Shown in pieces: positions 1 to 9,643 of a stretch of DNA of 64,000 nucleotides (the first letter of the stretch is position 1; every line of letters begins with the position of its first letter). The translations under genes were made by a program, and so were the position numbers. The stretch covers positions 4,416,001-4,480,000 of the forward strand of contig CP170459.1 of assembly GCA_047947115.1 (NCBI GenBank), written 5' to 3'. Origin of the DNA: Verrucomicrobiota bacterium. GTDB taxonomy: Bacteria; Verrucomicrobiota; Verrucomicrobiia; Limisphaerales; AAA164-E04. The notes beneath the pieces were generated by a model. That model was not told the origin of the DNA. It ran no database searches and worked only from the letters and a program-made list of their open reading frames with translations.

Positions 1-276
1 TTCGGTGTTCACGGTGTGGGAGGTTTCGTCGGCACAATCATGCTGGGTGTTTTTATGGCCCCGGTCTTCGGCGGTGTGGGTGGCGAGGATTTCTCGATGG
101 GCAAACAATTGGGGGTTCAACTTTTTGCCGGACTATTGACTGCTGCCTATGCAGGCATCGCATCTTATGTCATCCTGCTGGTGGTAAAAGCCATGGTTGG
201 GTTGCGCGTGGATGAAACGGAGGAAAACATGGGTCTGGACACCACTTATCATGGAGAAGAGGCCTACAACGAATAA
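1..276 (+). CDS. amtB: Ammonium transporter, C-terminal part (5' end outside the window)
   Basis: Frame is open from base 1 (FGVHGVGGFVGT) and ends with EENMGLDTTYHGEEAY; both are Amt signatures. A P-II gene follows. Confidence 0.93.
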   Translation, partial: FGVHGVGGFVGTIMLGVFMAPVFGGVGGEDFSMGKQLGVQLFAGLLTAAYAGIASYVILLVVKAMVGLRVDETEENMGLDTTYHGEEAYNE

Positions 277-294
277 TCCCATCCCCCAAGCTAA

Positions 295-645
<351 letters not shown>

Positions 646-672
646 CACGTCATCAGGTTGGCTGGACGAATC

Positions 673-712
673 AAAAAAGGGGGCTCGCTCTATAAGAGTG
701 AGTCCCCTTTCT
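673..712. terminator. Intrinsic terminator hairpin, possibly bidirectional
   Basis: AAAGGGGGCTCGCTCT-ata-AGAGTGAGTCCCCTTT stem, flanked by A and T runs, between convergent genes. Confidence 0.75.
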
Positions 713-749
713 CCATTTAACATCTGGGAAAATCTTCGGAATTTGCGGT

Positions 750-872
750 TATAACGTTTGCCAAAAGCAGTTTCAGAAAAACCTCTGCATTACTGCGTAT
801 AAAGCAAAGCGGGCGTGAGAATCAGAAGCATCTGCATGCCCTTATGCGCAAATACTTTTGGCAATCCGTATA
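750..872. mobile_element. MITE-like dispersed repeat, copy 1 (123 bp)
   Basis: Imperfect terminal inverted repeats TATAACGTTTGCCAAAAG...CTTTTGGCAATCCGTATA; about 84% identical (manual alignment) to 9364-9485. Confidence 0.8.
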
Positions 873-875
873 AAA

Positions 876-2981
876 TCACTCAATCCCGATCGATTTCAAA
901 AACGGCTGAATCGATCGTTCACGGCCGAGAAACTCACGGATCAATTCGTTCGCATCACGTGAACCACCGGGAGCATAAATACTGTCCCGCAACCGACGCG
1001 CCACTTCCTTGTCTGCATACTTGAGTTCGGATTCCTCAAAAACAGTCGCCATATCGGCGGCAATGGCATCCGCCCAGGCATATCCGTAGTAACCGGCGTC
1101 ATACCCGGTCAAATGCCCAAAATACGTCACAAAAGTCGTTTCTTCCGGAACTGGCAGGAAAACGTCGCTGATAATCCGGTTGGAATCCTTGATGACATCC
1201 AATTTCGCTTCGGTCGAGGTGATCGAATGTAACTCCAGATCCAGAATCCCAAAGCTCAATTGACGGCGGTAAAAGGTGCCAATGGTTGCCAGACGCGCGT
1301 CCTTGAGTTGATTGAGAATGGCTTCGGGAATTTTCTTCGACGGATCCCGATAGTCCGCGGCAAAACTGTCGAGCTGTTCCTTGTCCCAAATCCAGTTTTC
1401 CAGCATCTGTGAAGGGGCTTCGACAAAGTCCCGCGGGACGCTGGTTCCGGAAAAACGTGAATGGCGCGCCCGCGTCAGGATGGAATGCAGGGCATGTCCG
1501 AATTCATGAAACAAGGTTTCCACTTCGCCATGTGAAAGCAACGAAGGCTTGTCGCCGGTGGGAGATGGAAAGTTGCAGATTAGGGCAACGCAAGGTCTCT
1601 GGTAGATTCCTCCTTCGAATTCCTTACCGGCCATGATGGTGAACTGGGCAAAGTGATTGAACTTGCCTTCGCGTGGAAACATATCGAGATAGAATGTCCC
1701 CAGCGGTTCACCGGTTTCGGCATCCAACACAGCGTAAAGTTCCAGATCGTCCACCCATTTGAAAGGAGGTTCCATGGACACGAATTTCAAACCGAACATG
1801 TTCTGGTATATTTTGAACATACCCTGAAGGGTCTGCTGATAAGGGAAGTAAACGCGCAGTTGTTCGGCATCCACGTTGTAACCTTTTTTCTGGAGAAGGT
1901 TGCTGTAATACCTCCAATCCCACAGGTTGATTTCGGCGTCGGCATCTCCGGTCTCCTCAATTTTCAATTGGCGGTATCGTTCCAATTCGGCGTCGAACTT
2001 GGGCTGCAGACCTTCCTTCAACTCTTTGAGAAAATCCAAAGCAGTTTTCCCGTTACCGGCCATCTTGACTTCCGTCTGGTAATCCGCCCAGGATCCATAA
2101 CCGAGTTTGTGAGCGATGGTCGTGCGAAGATTTAGAATGGACTGCAACAGCTCCACATTCTTGTCACCGGCAAGGGAATAACGCGCCACCTTCATGCGAC
2201 GCCTTGTCTCTTCGGATTTGGCGTTCTCCATGATGGTGATGAAATGCCAGGTCACATTGGCCTGGACAGTGTAAACGTCATCCCCGGTTTTGATGCCGTC
2301 CATTTCCAGAAAGGAAGCCGGCACGCCTTCCAGTTCCTCCGCGGTAAATTGCAGCGATGCGGTTGCCTTGGTGATATTGGAATCAAAATCGGTGCTCAAC
2401 TTGGACAACTCCTTGCGAAGCGATTCCACTTCATTACGCTCAGTTTGGGGCAATGCCAAACCCGCACGCTGATAATCACGCAGGGTTTCTTCAAACAGTT
2501 TCTTATCCTCGCCTTCCAGAGAAGGCTGGGTGTCGGCATAAGCCTTGACGGAACGATAAACATCTTCCCGATAATCCAAGCCAACCGCCCAGTCCTGAAA
2601 CCGCTTGATCTGTTCCGTCCCGGCGTCGCGGATGGCGGCGTCCTGACTCGTTTCCTTCATCAGGTAAATGCGGCTCGCGACCAGATCGGCCTTGTAACTG
2701 ATATCGTCCAATGCCCGGATGGTGTTTTCGAAGGTTACTTTATCGGGGTTCAATCCCGCGATACGATCCAAAGCGGCATCCGCGTGTCCGATGGCCAATT
2801 CCATGTTCTGTGCCATTTCCTCCGGAGTCGTTTCAAAATCCGGCAAAGCGAGAACAGAACCGAAAGGCTTGGCGGCCTGATTCAAGGATTCCAGATTGGT
2901 CGAGTTTTCGGACGGGTTATGGGGCACCGATTGGCAGGCTGTCATAATTACAAATAATAGGCTTAAAAGTGCGTTTCGCAT
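876..2981 (-). CDS. M3A oligopeptidase (thimet oligopeptidase-like), probable lipoprotein
   Basis: HEFGH zinc motif, DFVEAPSQMLENW, FYLDMFPREGK and FGHLTGYDAGYYGYAW. Start moved to ATG 2981 (MRNALLSLLFVIMTAC, lipobox-like). Confidence 0.9.
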   Translation of the reverse strand: MRNALLSLLFVIMTACQSVPHNPSENSTNLESLNQAAKPFGSVLALPDFETTPEEMAQNMELAIGHADAALDRIAGLNPDKVTFENTIRALDDISYKADLVASRIYLMKETSQDAAIRDAGTEQIKRFQDWAVGLDYREDVYRSVKAYADTQPSLEGEDKKLFEETLRDYQRAGLALPQTERNEVESLRKELSKLSTDFDSNITKATASLQFTAEELEGVPASFLEMDGIKTGDDVYTVQANVTWHFITIMENAKSEETRRRMKVARYSLAGDKNVELLQSILNLRTTIAHKLGYGSWADYQTEVKMAGNGKTALDFLKELKEGLQPKFDAELERYRQLKIEETGDADAEINLWDWRYYSNLLQKKGYNVDAEQLRVYFPYQQTLQGMFKIYQNMFGLKFVSMEPPFKWVDDLELYAVLDAETGEPLGTFYLDMFPREGKFNHFAQFTIMAGKEFEGGIYQRPCVALICNFPSPTGDKPSLLSHGEVETLFHEFGHALHSILTRARHSRFSGTSVPRDFVEAPSQMLENWIWDKEQLDSFAADYRDPSKKIPEAILNQLKDARLATIGTFYRRQLSFGILDLELHSITSTEAKLDVIKDSNRIISDVFLPVPEETTFVTYFGHLTGYDAGYYGYAWADAIAADMATVFEESELKYADKEVARRLRDSIYAPGGSRDANELIREFLGRERSIQPFLKSIGIE

Positions 2982-3146
2982 TTCGATGGCAAAACTAAAG
3001 GCCAAACCGCGCTGGAATCAAGAGGGGAATGATAACTCGAGATGGTTTCCCTGAAGTTTAACCGCGCTTCATCCAACCGACAGACTTGCTTAACAGGGTA
3101 AAAAAGTGTTTATCAAGCCGGCAAACAAGCAAATGTCATTCCTGTG

Positions 3147-3884
3147 CTACCACCAAGGATTTCCCGGATTCGGAACCTTACGTGTATTTTCCTCGTAGGC
3201 ATCGTCTGGAAAATGAAAAAACTCCACATGTGAATCTCCAAAAAGCAGGTTGAACCGGTGCTGTCCCTTGATGTTGTGCCATTGACTTTCCGGCTCACGC
3301 GGGTCACGACCGAGCCACCATGGCCAGTCACCGGTAATGATCTTGTTGGATGCGCTACGGGCGATGTCGGATGATTTGAGAGACTTGCCCTGAGGAGCAT
3401 TCTCCCCTGCTTTGGAATCGCCCGTTACATGCTGCACTCCCAAAACATCGACTGACCAGGAAGTGAGATAACTGTTCCCCCACCCTTGAAAACATGTTTT
3501 GGTTCCGGTTGGAAAGGTCTGTATCCAAAAGGAATCCCCCTTGTCTGAAGGACATCGATACGAATCCATGGCCTCCACATAGGCGTTCAAAGGTCGCCTC
3601 TCACCCGGCACAAGGCCTCCGTGAAGCGTCATGGTTCCTGTTTGCCCCCCCAGAGTTCCCCACTCTTCATAGAGCGGATAATAATCCTCATAATCCTCCA
3701 CATACAAAGCGAACCCCAACCCGTGTTGACGCAAGTTGTTCGTGCAGGCAATGGCCCTGGCCTTTTCTTTCGCCTTGGATAGTGCCGGCAACAGCATGCC
3801 TGCCAAAATAGCGATGATGGCGATCACCACCAGCAATTCAACCAGAGTAAATGCGCGCTGAAAACGATGAACCTTGGTGAACAT
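3147..3884 (-). CDS. Prepilin-type N-terminal cleavage/methylation protein (PVC pseudopilin, H-X9-DG-like)
   Basis: [33 protein letters not shown] and [15 protein letters not shown] 3884 is supported by a promoter directly upstream. Confidence 0.9.
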   Translation of the reverse strand: MFTKVHRFQRAFTLVELLVVIAIIAILAGMLLPALSKAKEKARAIACTNNLRQHGLGFALYVEDYEDYYPLYEEWGTLGGQTGTMTLHGGLVPGERRPLNAYVEAMDSYRCPSDKGDSFWIQTFPTGTKTCFQGWGNSYLTSWSVDVLGVQHVTGDSKAGENAPQGKSLKSSDIARSASNKIITGDWPWWLGRDPREPESQWHNIKGQHRFNLLFGDSHVEFFHFPDDAYEENTRKVPNPGNPWW

Positions 3885-3985
3885 ACCGCCCATCCTGCGT
3901 CATCATCATCTCCTTCTCAAGGCCGGATCACCAATCTGTCATCGGAAAAAGCCAGCATTGACGGGAACCATGATGATTGGGTTGA

Positions 3986-5785
3986 ATGGGTATATCGACC
4001 ATGTGGCGCACTCTGATCAATTCATTGTTCACCTTTTTGCTGGGATCACTGATCCTGGCCCAGCCCTGCCTTGCGAACATGGCACCCACACCACACCTGC
4101 GTCATCCGGTCAAAATCGCACTGATCAACAACGAATCCCAACTGCTCCTAGCCAACAGCCGCTCCGGTTCACTGAGTCTGATCGACCTTTCATCTACCCA
4201 AACAACACACGAATGGAAAGTTGCCGGGGCGCTTTCCGACATGGCGTTCATTGCGAAACGGAATCAGATACTGCTGACAGACAACAAACAGCATTCATTA
4301 ATCCAGTTAAGTTGGGACAACGCCACCCTACATTGGGACAGCCGAAGCGAGCTCAATGTGGCCACTGATCCTCAGCACATTGCACTGCATCCTGAAAACA
4401 ACATGGCCGCGATCGCCTCACGCTGGTCGCATCGATTAACCCTGCTCAAGTCCACGGAGACTCAAGGTCAAAAAGCATCCTGGAGAACCACTGAAGTCGT
4501 CGACCTCCCCTTCGCTCCCGGGAAAATGGTATTTGTTCCGGAACAAAACGGACTCCTGATTGCTGATGCCTTCAACGGCATATTGGCTCTGTTTGATCTG
4601 GGTAAAAAGAGCATCCGCACCGTCAGCCATTTTCAGATCAACAACATCGCCAACCTCTCCCTGACGCGGAATACAAGTCAAACAACCGTTTGGATATCGG
4701 GTGAATCCTTGAATTCCTACGCCACCACGTTCAATCCGGAAGTCACTTGGGGCGTCCTGATGGACAACCAGGTCCGTGCTATTCCCCTCACCGACCTGCT
4801 CAACCCGAAACGGTCCCCGGTACAAATGGGAACCGTATACGGCATGGGTGACGAAACCGGCCCCGGCGGAGATCCCAACGCCGTCCTTATCCGCAAAAAC
4901 GGCACTCTCATCACCAGCCTTGGCGGAGTCGATCGCGTGGCATTTCGCCCACAGTTGGCATCCACCTACACCCATCGTATCCAGGTGGGGGATCGACCGA
5001 TTGACATGGTGATGACGACCGATGAATCGACACTCTACGTCGCCAATCAATTTTCCGATTCCATATCGGTCATTGATCTGAACGAAACACGTCTTCTGAA
5101 ACACATCTCACTTGGACCACAACCCATGCTCACCGAAGCGGACGAAGGAGAACGACTTTTCTTTGACGCCAGCCTTTCCCTGCGGGGATGGTACAGCTGC
5201 CACAGTTGCCACACCGACGGTCACACCACGGGACTCCTGAACGACAACCTTGGCGACGACCATTTTGGTTCTCCCAAACGCATCCTGACGCTGCTGGGGG
5301 CAGCCTCTTCCCCACCCTTTTCGTGGCTGGGGAAGATGGACAATCTTGAAGCACAAATCGCAAAATCCCTCAGCAAAACCATGCTTCATAATGGAAGCAC
5401 CGACGACAAGGCGGCCTCCATTGCCCGATACCTGGAAACACTTGAAGCGCCGCCTTCACTGATTCACGCCAGAGCCGAAACAAACCCGGATCTCTTTCAT
5501 CAAGGTCGTCGGGTCTTTCACCGCGAAGGATGTGATGAATGTCACCGAGAACCTCATTACACAACAAACGATACCTTCAATGTGGGATTAACCGACAAAG
5601 CCGGCAATCAGGCTTTCAATCCCCCCTCTCTGCTGGGCATCAGTCAGCGGGACACCTTTTTCCATGACAACAGCGCATCCACGATCGAGGAAGTGCTGTT
5701 TGACCGCCACCATCCGGAACCACGCGACCAACCTCTGACAACGCAGGAGCGACATGCGTTGATTCATTTTCTGAACAGCCTTTAG
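3986..5785 (+). CDS. YncE-like beta-propeller fused to a di-heme cytochrome c peroxidase-like domain
   Basis: Signal peptide, YVANQFSDSISVID propeller motif, CHSCH and CDECH heme motifs, PSLLG..FFHD. Confidence 0.8.
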   Translation: MGISTMWRTLINSLFTFLLGSLILAQPCLANMAPTPHLRHPVKIALINNESQLLLANSRSGSLSLIDLSSTQTTHEWKVAGALSDMAFIAKRNQILLTDNKQHSLIQLSWDNATLHWDSRSELNVATDPQHIALHPENNMAAIASRWSHRLTLLKSTETQGQKASWRTTEVVDLPFAPGKMVFVPEQNGLLIADAFNGILALFDLGKKSIRTVSHFQINNIANLSLTRNTSQTTVWISGESLNSYATTFNPEVTWGVLMDNQVRAIPLTDLLNPKRSPVQMGTVYGMGDETGPGGDPNAVLIRKNGTLITSLGGVDRVAFRPQLASTYTHRIQVGDRPIDMVMTTDESTLYVANQFSDSISVIDLNETRLLKHISLGPQPMLTEADEGERLFFDASLSLRGWYSCHSCHTDGHTTGLLNDNLGDDHFGSPKRILTLLGAASSPPFSWLGKMDNLEAQIAKSLSKTMLHNGSTDDKAASIARYLETLEAPPSLIHARAETNPDLFHQGRRVFHREGCDECHREPHYTTNDTFNVGLTDKAGNQAFNPPSLLGISQRDTFFHDNSASTIEEVLFDRHHPEPRDQPLTTQERHALIHFLNSL

Positions 5786-5792
5786 AACCCCT

Positions 5793-7322
5793 ATGAGCAT
5801 TAAACAACACCTGACAAGATACCTCGGTTTTTTCCTTGTTTGCTTTGCAACCTTACGCGCCGAGGATCAGCCTCAATGGGGAACCGCCTGGAATCGAAAC
5901 ATGATTTCAGCAGAAACGGGACTCCCTGCTCATTTTGATCCGGACACAGGCACCAACATCCGATGGAAAGTTCCCTTGGGAACCGAAGCTCACTCGTCGC
6001 CTGTCGTATCCGGAGGCCATGTCTTTATCGGCACCAACAATCACCAACCCCGGGATCCCAAACACCAGGGAGACCGAGGGGTCCTGATGTGTTTCGATGA
6101 ATTGACCGGAGAACTAAAATGGCAACTCGTCGTGCCCAAAAGAGAAGAAGACCGCTATTTTGATTGGCCACGAAGCGGCATTTCCTCCCCCGCCACTGTG
6201 GAAGGAGACCGGGTCTATGTTGTGACCAACCGGGGCGAAGTGGTCTGCCTGGACGCCCAAGGACTCAGCAACGGCAACCAGGGTCCTTTCATGGACGAAG
6301 CCCGCCACATGACACCTCAGGGCAGTGAACCTCTTGAGCTGGGTGATCTGGACGCGGACATCCTGTGGATGTTTGATCTGACACAAGAGGCAGGAATCTG
6401 GTCCCATGACGGGGCACACAGTTCGATCCTGATCAACGGCCCCCACCTCTATCTTAACACCGCCACCGGAGTGGACAACACCCACAAAAAGATCCGAACA
6501 CCGAACGCCCCCAGCCTGGTCGTATTGGACAAGGAAACGGGCACCTATCTGGCAAGGGAGAATGAAGGTAACGCGCCCAACATCTTTCATTGCACCTGGT
6601 CGGCGCCGGCGATGACCAAGGTGAATGGCCTGGAAACCATCTGGTTTGCCGGGGGAGATGGCATCGTCTATGGGTACGATCCCATTCCGTTTTCCATCAA
6701 AGCGCCCGACCAACCACTCCACCTGAACCGGGTTTGGCGTTATGATTTTGATCCAACCGCACCCAAGGAGGACGTGCATCGCTACAACCAAAACCGACGC
6801 GAAGGGCCCAGCAACATCTTCGGCATGCCGGTCATGGACGGTGACCACATGTATATCGCCGGTGGAGGAGATCTGTGGTGGGGAAAAATCGGTGCCTGGT
6901 TGAAATGCATCACTCCCTCCCGTGATGGCGACGCAGATCAAAGCTCGATCAAGTGGACCTTCCCGCTCGAGCGGCATGTCATGTCCACTCCCGCAGTCAC
7001 CGATGACCTGGTGTTTATTGCGGATTGTGGAAAAAATGTGTTCTGTCTTGATAAGAGCAACGGCAAACAACTCTGGCAACACAGCGCCAAAGGAGAATTC
7101 TGGGCATCCCCCTATGTTGCAGACGGCAAAGTCTACATTGGCAGCCGACGCGGTGATTTCATGATCCTTGCAGCGACGCGCGAAAAACAATTACTCAACG
7201 AAGCCGACCTCGGGGCACCCGTTAGCGCCACCGCATGTGCAGCAAACGGCCGTCTCTTTGTGGCAACCATGACCGCGCTGTATTGCCTGGAAGTCGAATC
7301 TCAGGGCGTCAACAACCTGTAG
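5793..7322 (+). CDS. PQQ-like (BamB-type) beta-propeller repeat protein
   Basis: Signal peptide, W-x-G-x-x-RN, and repeated SSPVV/SPYVADGKVYIG and G.LKW motifs. Confidence 0.85.
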   Translation: MSIKQHLTRYLGFFLVCFATLRAEDQPQWGTAWNRNMISAETGLPAHFDPDTGTNIRWKVPLGTEAHSSPVVSGGHVFIGTNNHQPRDPKHQGDRGVLMCFDELTGELKWQLVVPKREEDRYFDWPRSGISSPATVEGDRVYVVTNRGEVVCLDAQGLSNGNQGPFMDEARHMTPQGSEPLELGDLDADILWMFDLTQEAGIWSHDGAHSSILINGPHLYLNTATGVDNTHKKIRTPNAPSLVVLDKETGTYLARENEGNAPNIFHCTWSAPAMTKVNGLETIWFAGGDGIVYGYDPIPFSIKAPDQPLHLNRVWRYDFDPTAPKEDVHRYNQNRREGPSNIFGMPVMDGDHMYIAGGGDLWWGKIGAWLKCITPSRDGDADQSSIKWTFPLERHVMSTPAVTDDLVFIADCGKNVFCLDKSNGKQLWQHSAKGEFWASPYVADGKVYIGSRRGDFMILAATREKQLLNEADLGAPVSATACAANGRLFVATMTALYCLEVESQGVNNL

Positions 7323-8653
7323 GCCAAGCGATAATAACGAGTTCCCGTCATCACGTCTGCCCGACGAATCGGCCAGCGATAAAGCGCCCGATGCGAAAAA
7401 ATAGTTTCCAAAGTTCCGTCGGCAAGAACCGCAACACCCGCGCTGGGCAGTCCGTCTGCATGCCATGAACCAAGATCATCACTCCATTCCAACACCAGTT
7501 CCACATCCAATCTTGCCACACTTGGAATGGAAGCAGTCAATGACCACACGGATCGATCGGAATCAAGAGACAGCCGTGCAACTTCCGGCAATTCATCGTC
7601 CGTTTGAACAGGATCCAGTTTCCATACAAATTCCACGAGGTTTGAAAGACCATCACCATCCGAATCATGCGTTGCAATAGATGGATCAGACACACTTCCT
7701 TCAGGCAACCATCTCCTTACCCAATCTGTAAAAGTCTCCCGACCTGATTGCGGGTCGAACAACACCCCGGACAATACACCCTGAGAGGAACTGACAAAAC
7801 TCCCATCCTGATTTTCAACCATCGAGATGCGCGTTCCTCCACCGGAGATATTGGTTTCAAACGAGTACTTCGCATGGGGCTGGCAATTGAACACATAAAA
7901 CCGCAATGGCTTGGTCCCCAACTCAACCGGAAGATCAATCCGGTTCGAAACAAATCTTCGCCATCCATCCTCACTGCGGGCAAATGACACCAGCACCTCT
8001 TCGTTCGAGCCACGGATCAATGCGCTTTCCCCCCAAGTATCCCCGGCAGCTAAGACCGTAATGCGCTGTTTTTCGCCATCTTCGGTTGGACGCAAAACCG
8101 TGAGGAAGGTGTGGTCCAATGCATCATCGGCAGGTTCAAGTTCCACGCGCCACTCACCGTAAGGTTCCGGTTCAAAATCGGTAACCGGACCCAGCGAAGC
8201 TTCTTCTTCGCTCCAATGCCAGTTGTAATTCTGATCAAACACCCAGAAATCCTTGACTCCGCGCCCGCCGACTTTTCGGACGTTTCGTTGTTCAGGAAAC
8301 AGGAAATCCATATCCAGACGCGCATTTCCCGAACGGACCGTCAACTGTCGAGCTCCGTGGTGTAGCAGTTCCCCCGGAGTCAAAAGTTGTCCCTCCACAT
8401 CCAGGTTTGGTTCCTCCAGAAAGTGGAATAACAACTTGGTATTCTCCCCGCTGAACTCGGGCGCTGTCACACCGACCCGATCATACACCACAACATACTC
8501 GGCCTCCCCGGAATCCTCCGGACGCAAGTAGACGAATTCCCGGCGGTACTGTCGCAGTTTGGCCACGTTCCCCGGTCGATCATCACTGACTGCTGCTTGA
8601 TAATAGTCCGTGCTGTTGTAAGCACGCGTGGCGTCTCCTGTAACATAGGTCAT
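7301..8653 (-). CDS. Heparinase II/III-like C-terminal beta-sandwich region plus DxDGDG and C-terminal domain; appears N-terminally truncated
   Basis: Begins at YVTGDATRAY, then RREFVYL, YVVVYDRV, GEWRVEL and FLTVL; has DSDGDGLSNLVEF; no signal peptide. Confidence 0.65.
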   Translation of the reverse strand: MTYVTGDATRAYNSTDYYQAAVSDDRPGNVAKLRQYRREFVYLRPEDSGEAEYVVVYDRVGVTAPEFSGENTKLLFHFLEEPNLDVEGQLLTPGELLHHGARQLTVRSGNARLDMDFLFPEQRNVRKVGGRGVKDFWVFDQNYNWHWSEEEASLGPVTDFEPEPYGEWRVELEPADDALDHTFLTVLRPTEDGEKQRITVLAAGDTWGESALIRGSNEEVLVSFARSEDGWRRFVSNRIDLPVELGTKPLRFYVFNCQPHAKYSFETNISGGGTRISMVENQDGSFVSSSQGVLSGVLFDPQSGRETFTDWVRRWLPEGSVSDPSIATHDSDGDGLSNLVEFVWKLDPVQTDDELPEVARLSLDSDRSVWSLTASIPSVARLDVELVLEWSDDLGSWHADGLPSAGVAVLADGTLETIFSHRALYRWPIRRADVMTGTRYYRLAYRLLTP

Positions 8654-9324
8654 GCCATTTCAAGGATGTTGCATTCCAATCCCCCGCCAATTCCTCCCTG
8701 ATTCTTTTCAATAATATTGTTCTCGATACGGATCCGTTCTCCGGTCAATTGAATGCCACCGCCATCAAGCATTCCTCGTTCCGTCTCAGGGTGACCGTTT
8801 CCTTCAATCCAGTTCTCCCGAATCACCAAATCTGTCAGCGGAGGCCAGTCTTCCATGGATATGCCATGCAACCCTCCACTCAGTCGAAATCGCTCAATCA
8901 CTGTTCCCGAAGTCGATTCCCCTTCCAAAAAAAGGACAGGCGCAGCGGGATCCCAGGTAATGTGTGTCCAGAGACCGGTCTCATTGGTGGCATCAAACAC
9001 ACCTCCGGGACCAGTTGGATCATAATCCCGTTCCGAACCCCCACTCCAAGCTCCTGAGAGATGCAATGATTTGTTGGAGACAACCAGGTTTTCCTTGTAT
9101 TCACCAACCGCAATCCGGATTTCATCCCCGTCTTGTGCCATATCGATGGCTGATTGGATGGATGGAAAAGGTTCAAGAGCTGTCCCTGTATAGGGAGGGG
9201 TTGCATGATGCATGTCGACATGAAGAACGGCAGCATGAAAGAGTAAGGATTGCCCGCTAAAAATGCCCATCAGCATGAATCTGACACAAGCAGCCGACAA
9301 AAGCCGTTCTCTAAATGTGTTCAT
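8650..9324 (-). CDS. Secreted right-handed parallel beta-helix protein (DUF1565-like N-terminus), appears C-terminally truncated
   Basis: PFPSIQSAIDMAQDGDEIRIAVGEYKE and GGGI/IENNII repeats; ends abruptly at GGGL. The track start lies inside the MITE, so ATG 9324 is used. Confidence 0.7.
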   Translation of the reverse strand: MNTFRERLLSAACVRFMLMGIFSGQSLLFHAAVLHVDMHHATPPYTGTALEPFPSIQSAIDMAQDGDEIRIAVGEYKENLVVSNKSLHLSGAWSGGSERDYDPTGPGGVFDATNETGLWTHITWDPAAPVLFLEGESTSGTVIERFRLSGGLHGISMEDWPPLTDLVIRENWIEGNGHPETERGMLDGGGIQLTGERIRIENNIIEKNQGGIGGGLECNILEMA

Positions 9325-9363
9325 AGCGTTGAATGACGCAGCATAAAACAGACCGTTTCCGGT

Positions 9364-9485
9364 TATAACGTTTGCCAAAAGTAATTTCAGAAAAAACTCT
9401 GCATCACTGCGTCCCTAGCCAGCGGGCGTGAGAACAAGGAACATCAGCGAGCCCTTATTCCCAAATACTTTTGGCAATCAGTATA
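9364..9485. mobile_element. MITE-like dispersed repeat, copy 2 (122 bp)
   Basis: TATAACGTTTGCCAAAAGTA...TACTTTTGGCAATCAGTATA; same orientation as 750-872. Confidence 0.8.
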
Positions 9486-9643
9486 ATTCGCACATACAAG
9501 CACCTTCCATTTGAATTGGAAGGAACACCTTCATGCCACATCGAAACTCTGAACTACCGCAGACGCGCCAGAAACAGGCTACGTCTCCACAAGATCGGAC
9601 GCCAAGCCACAGCCTCGATCCATTCCGCCGCGATCCGAACAGA

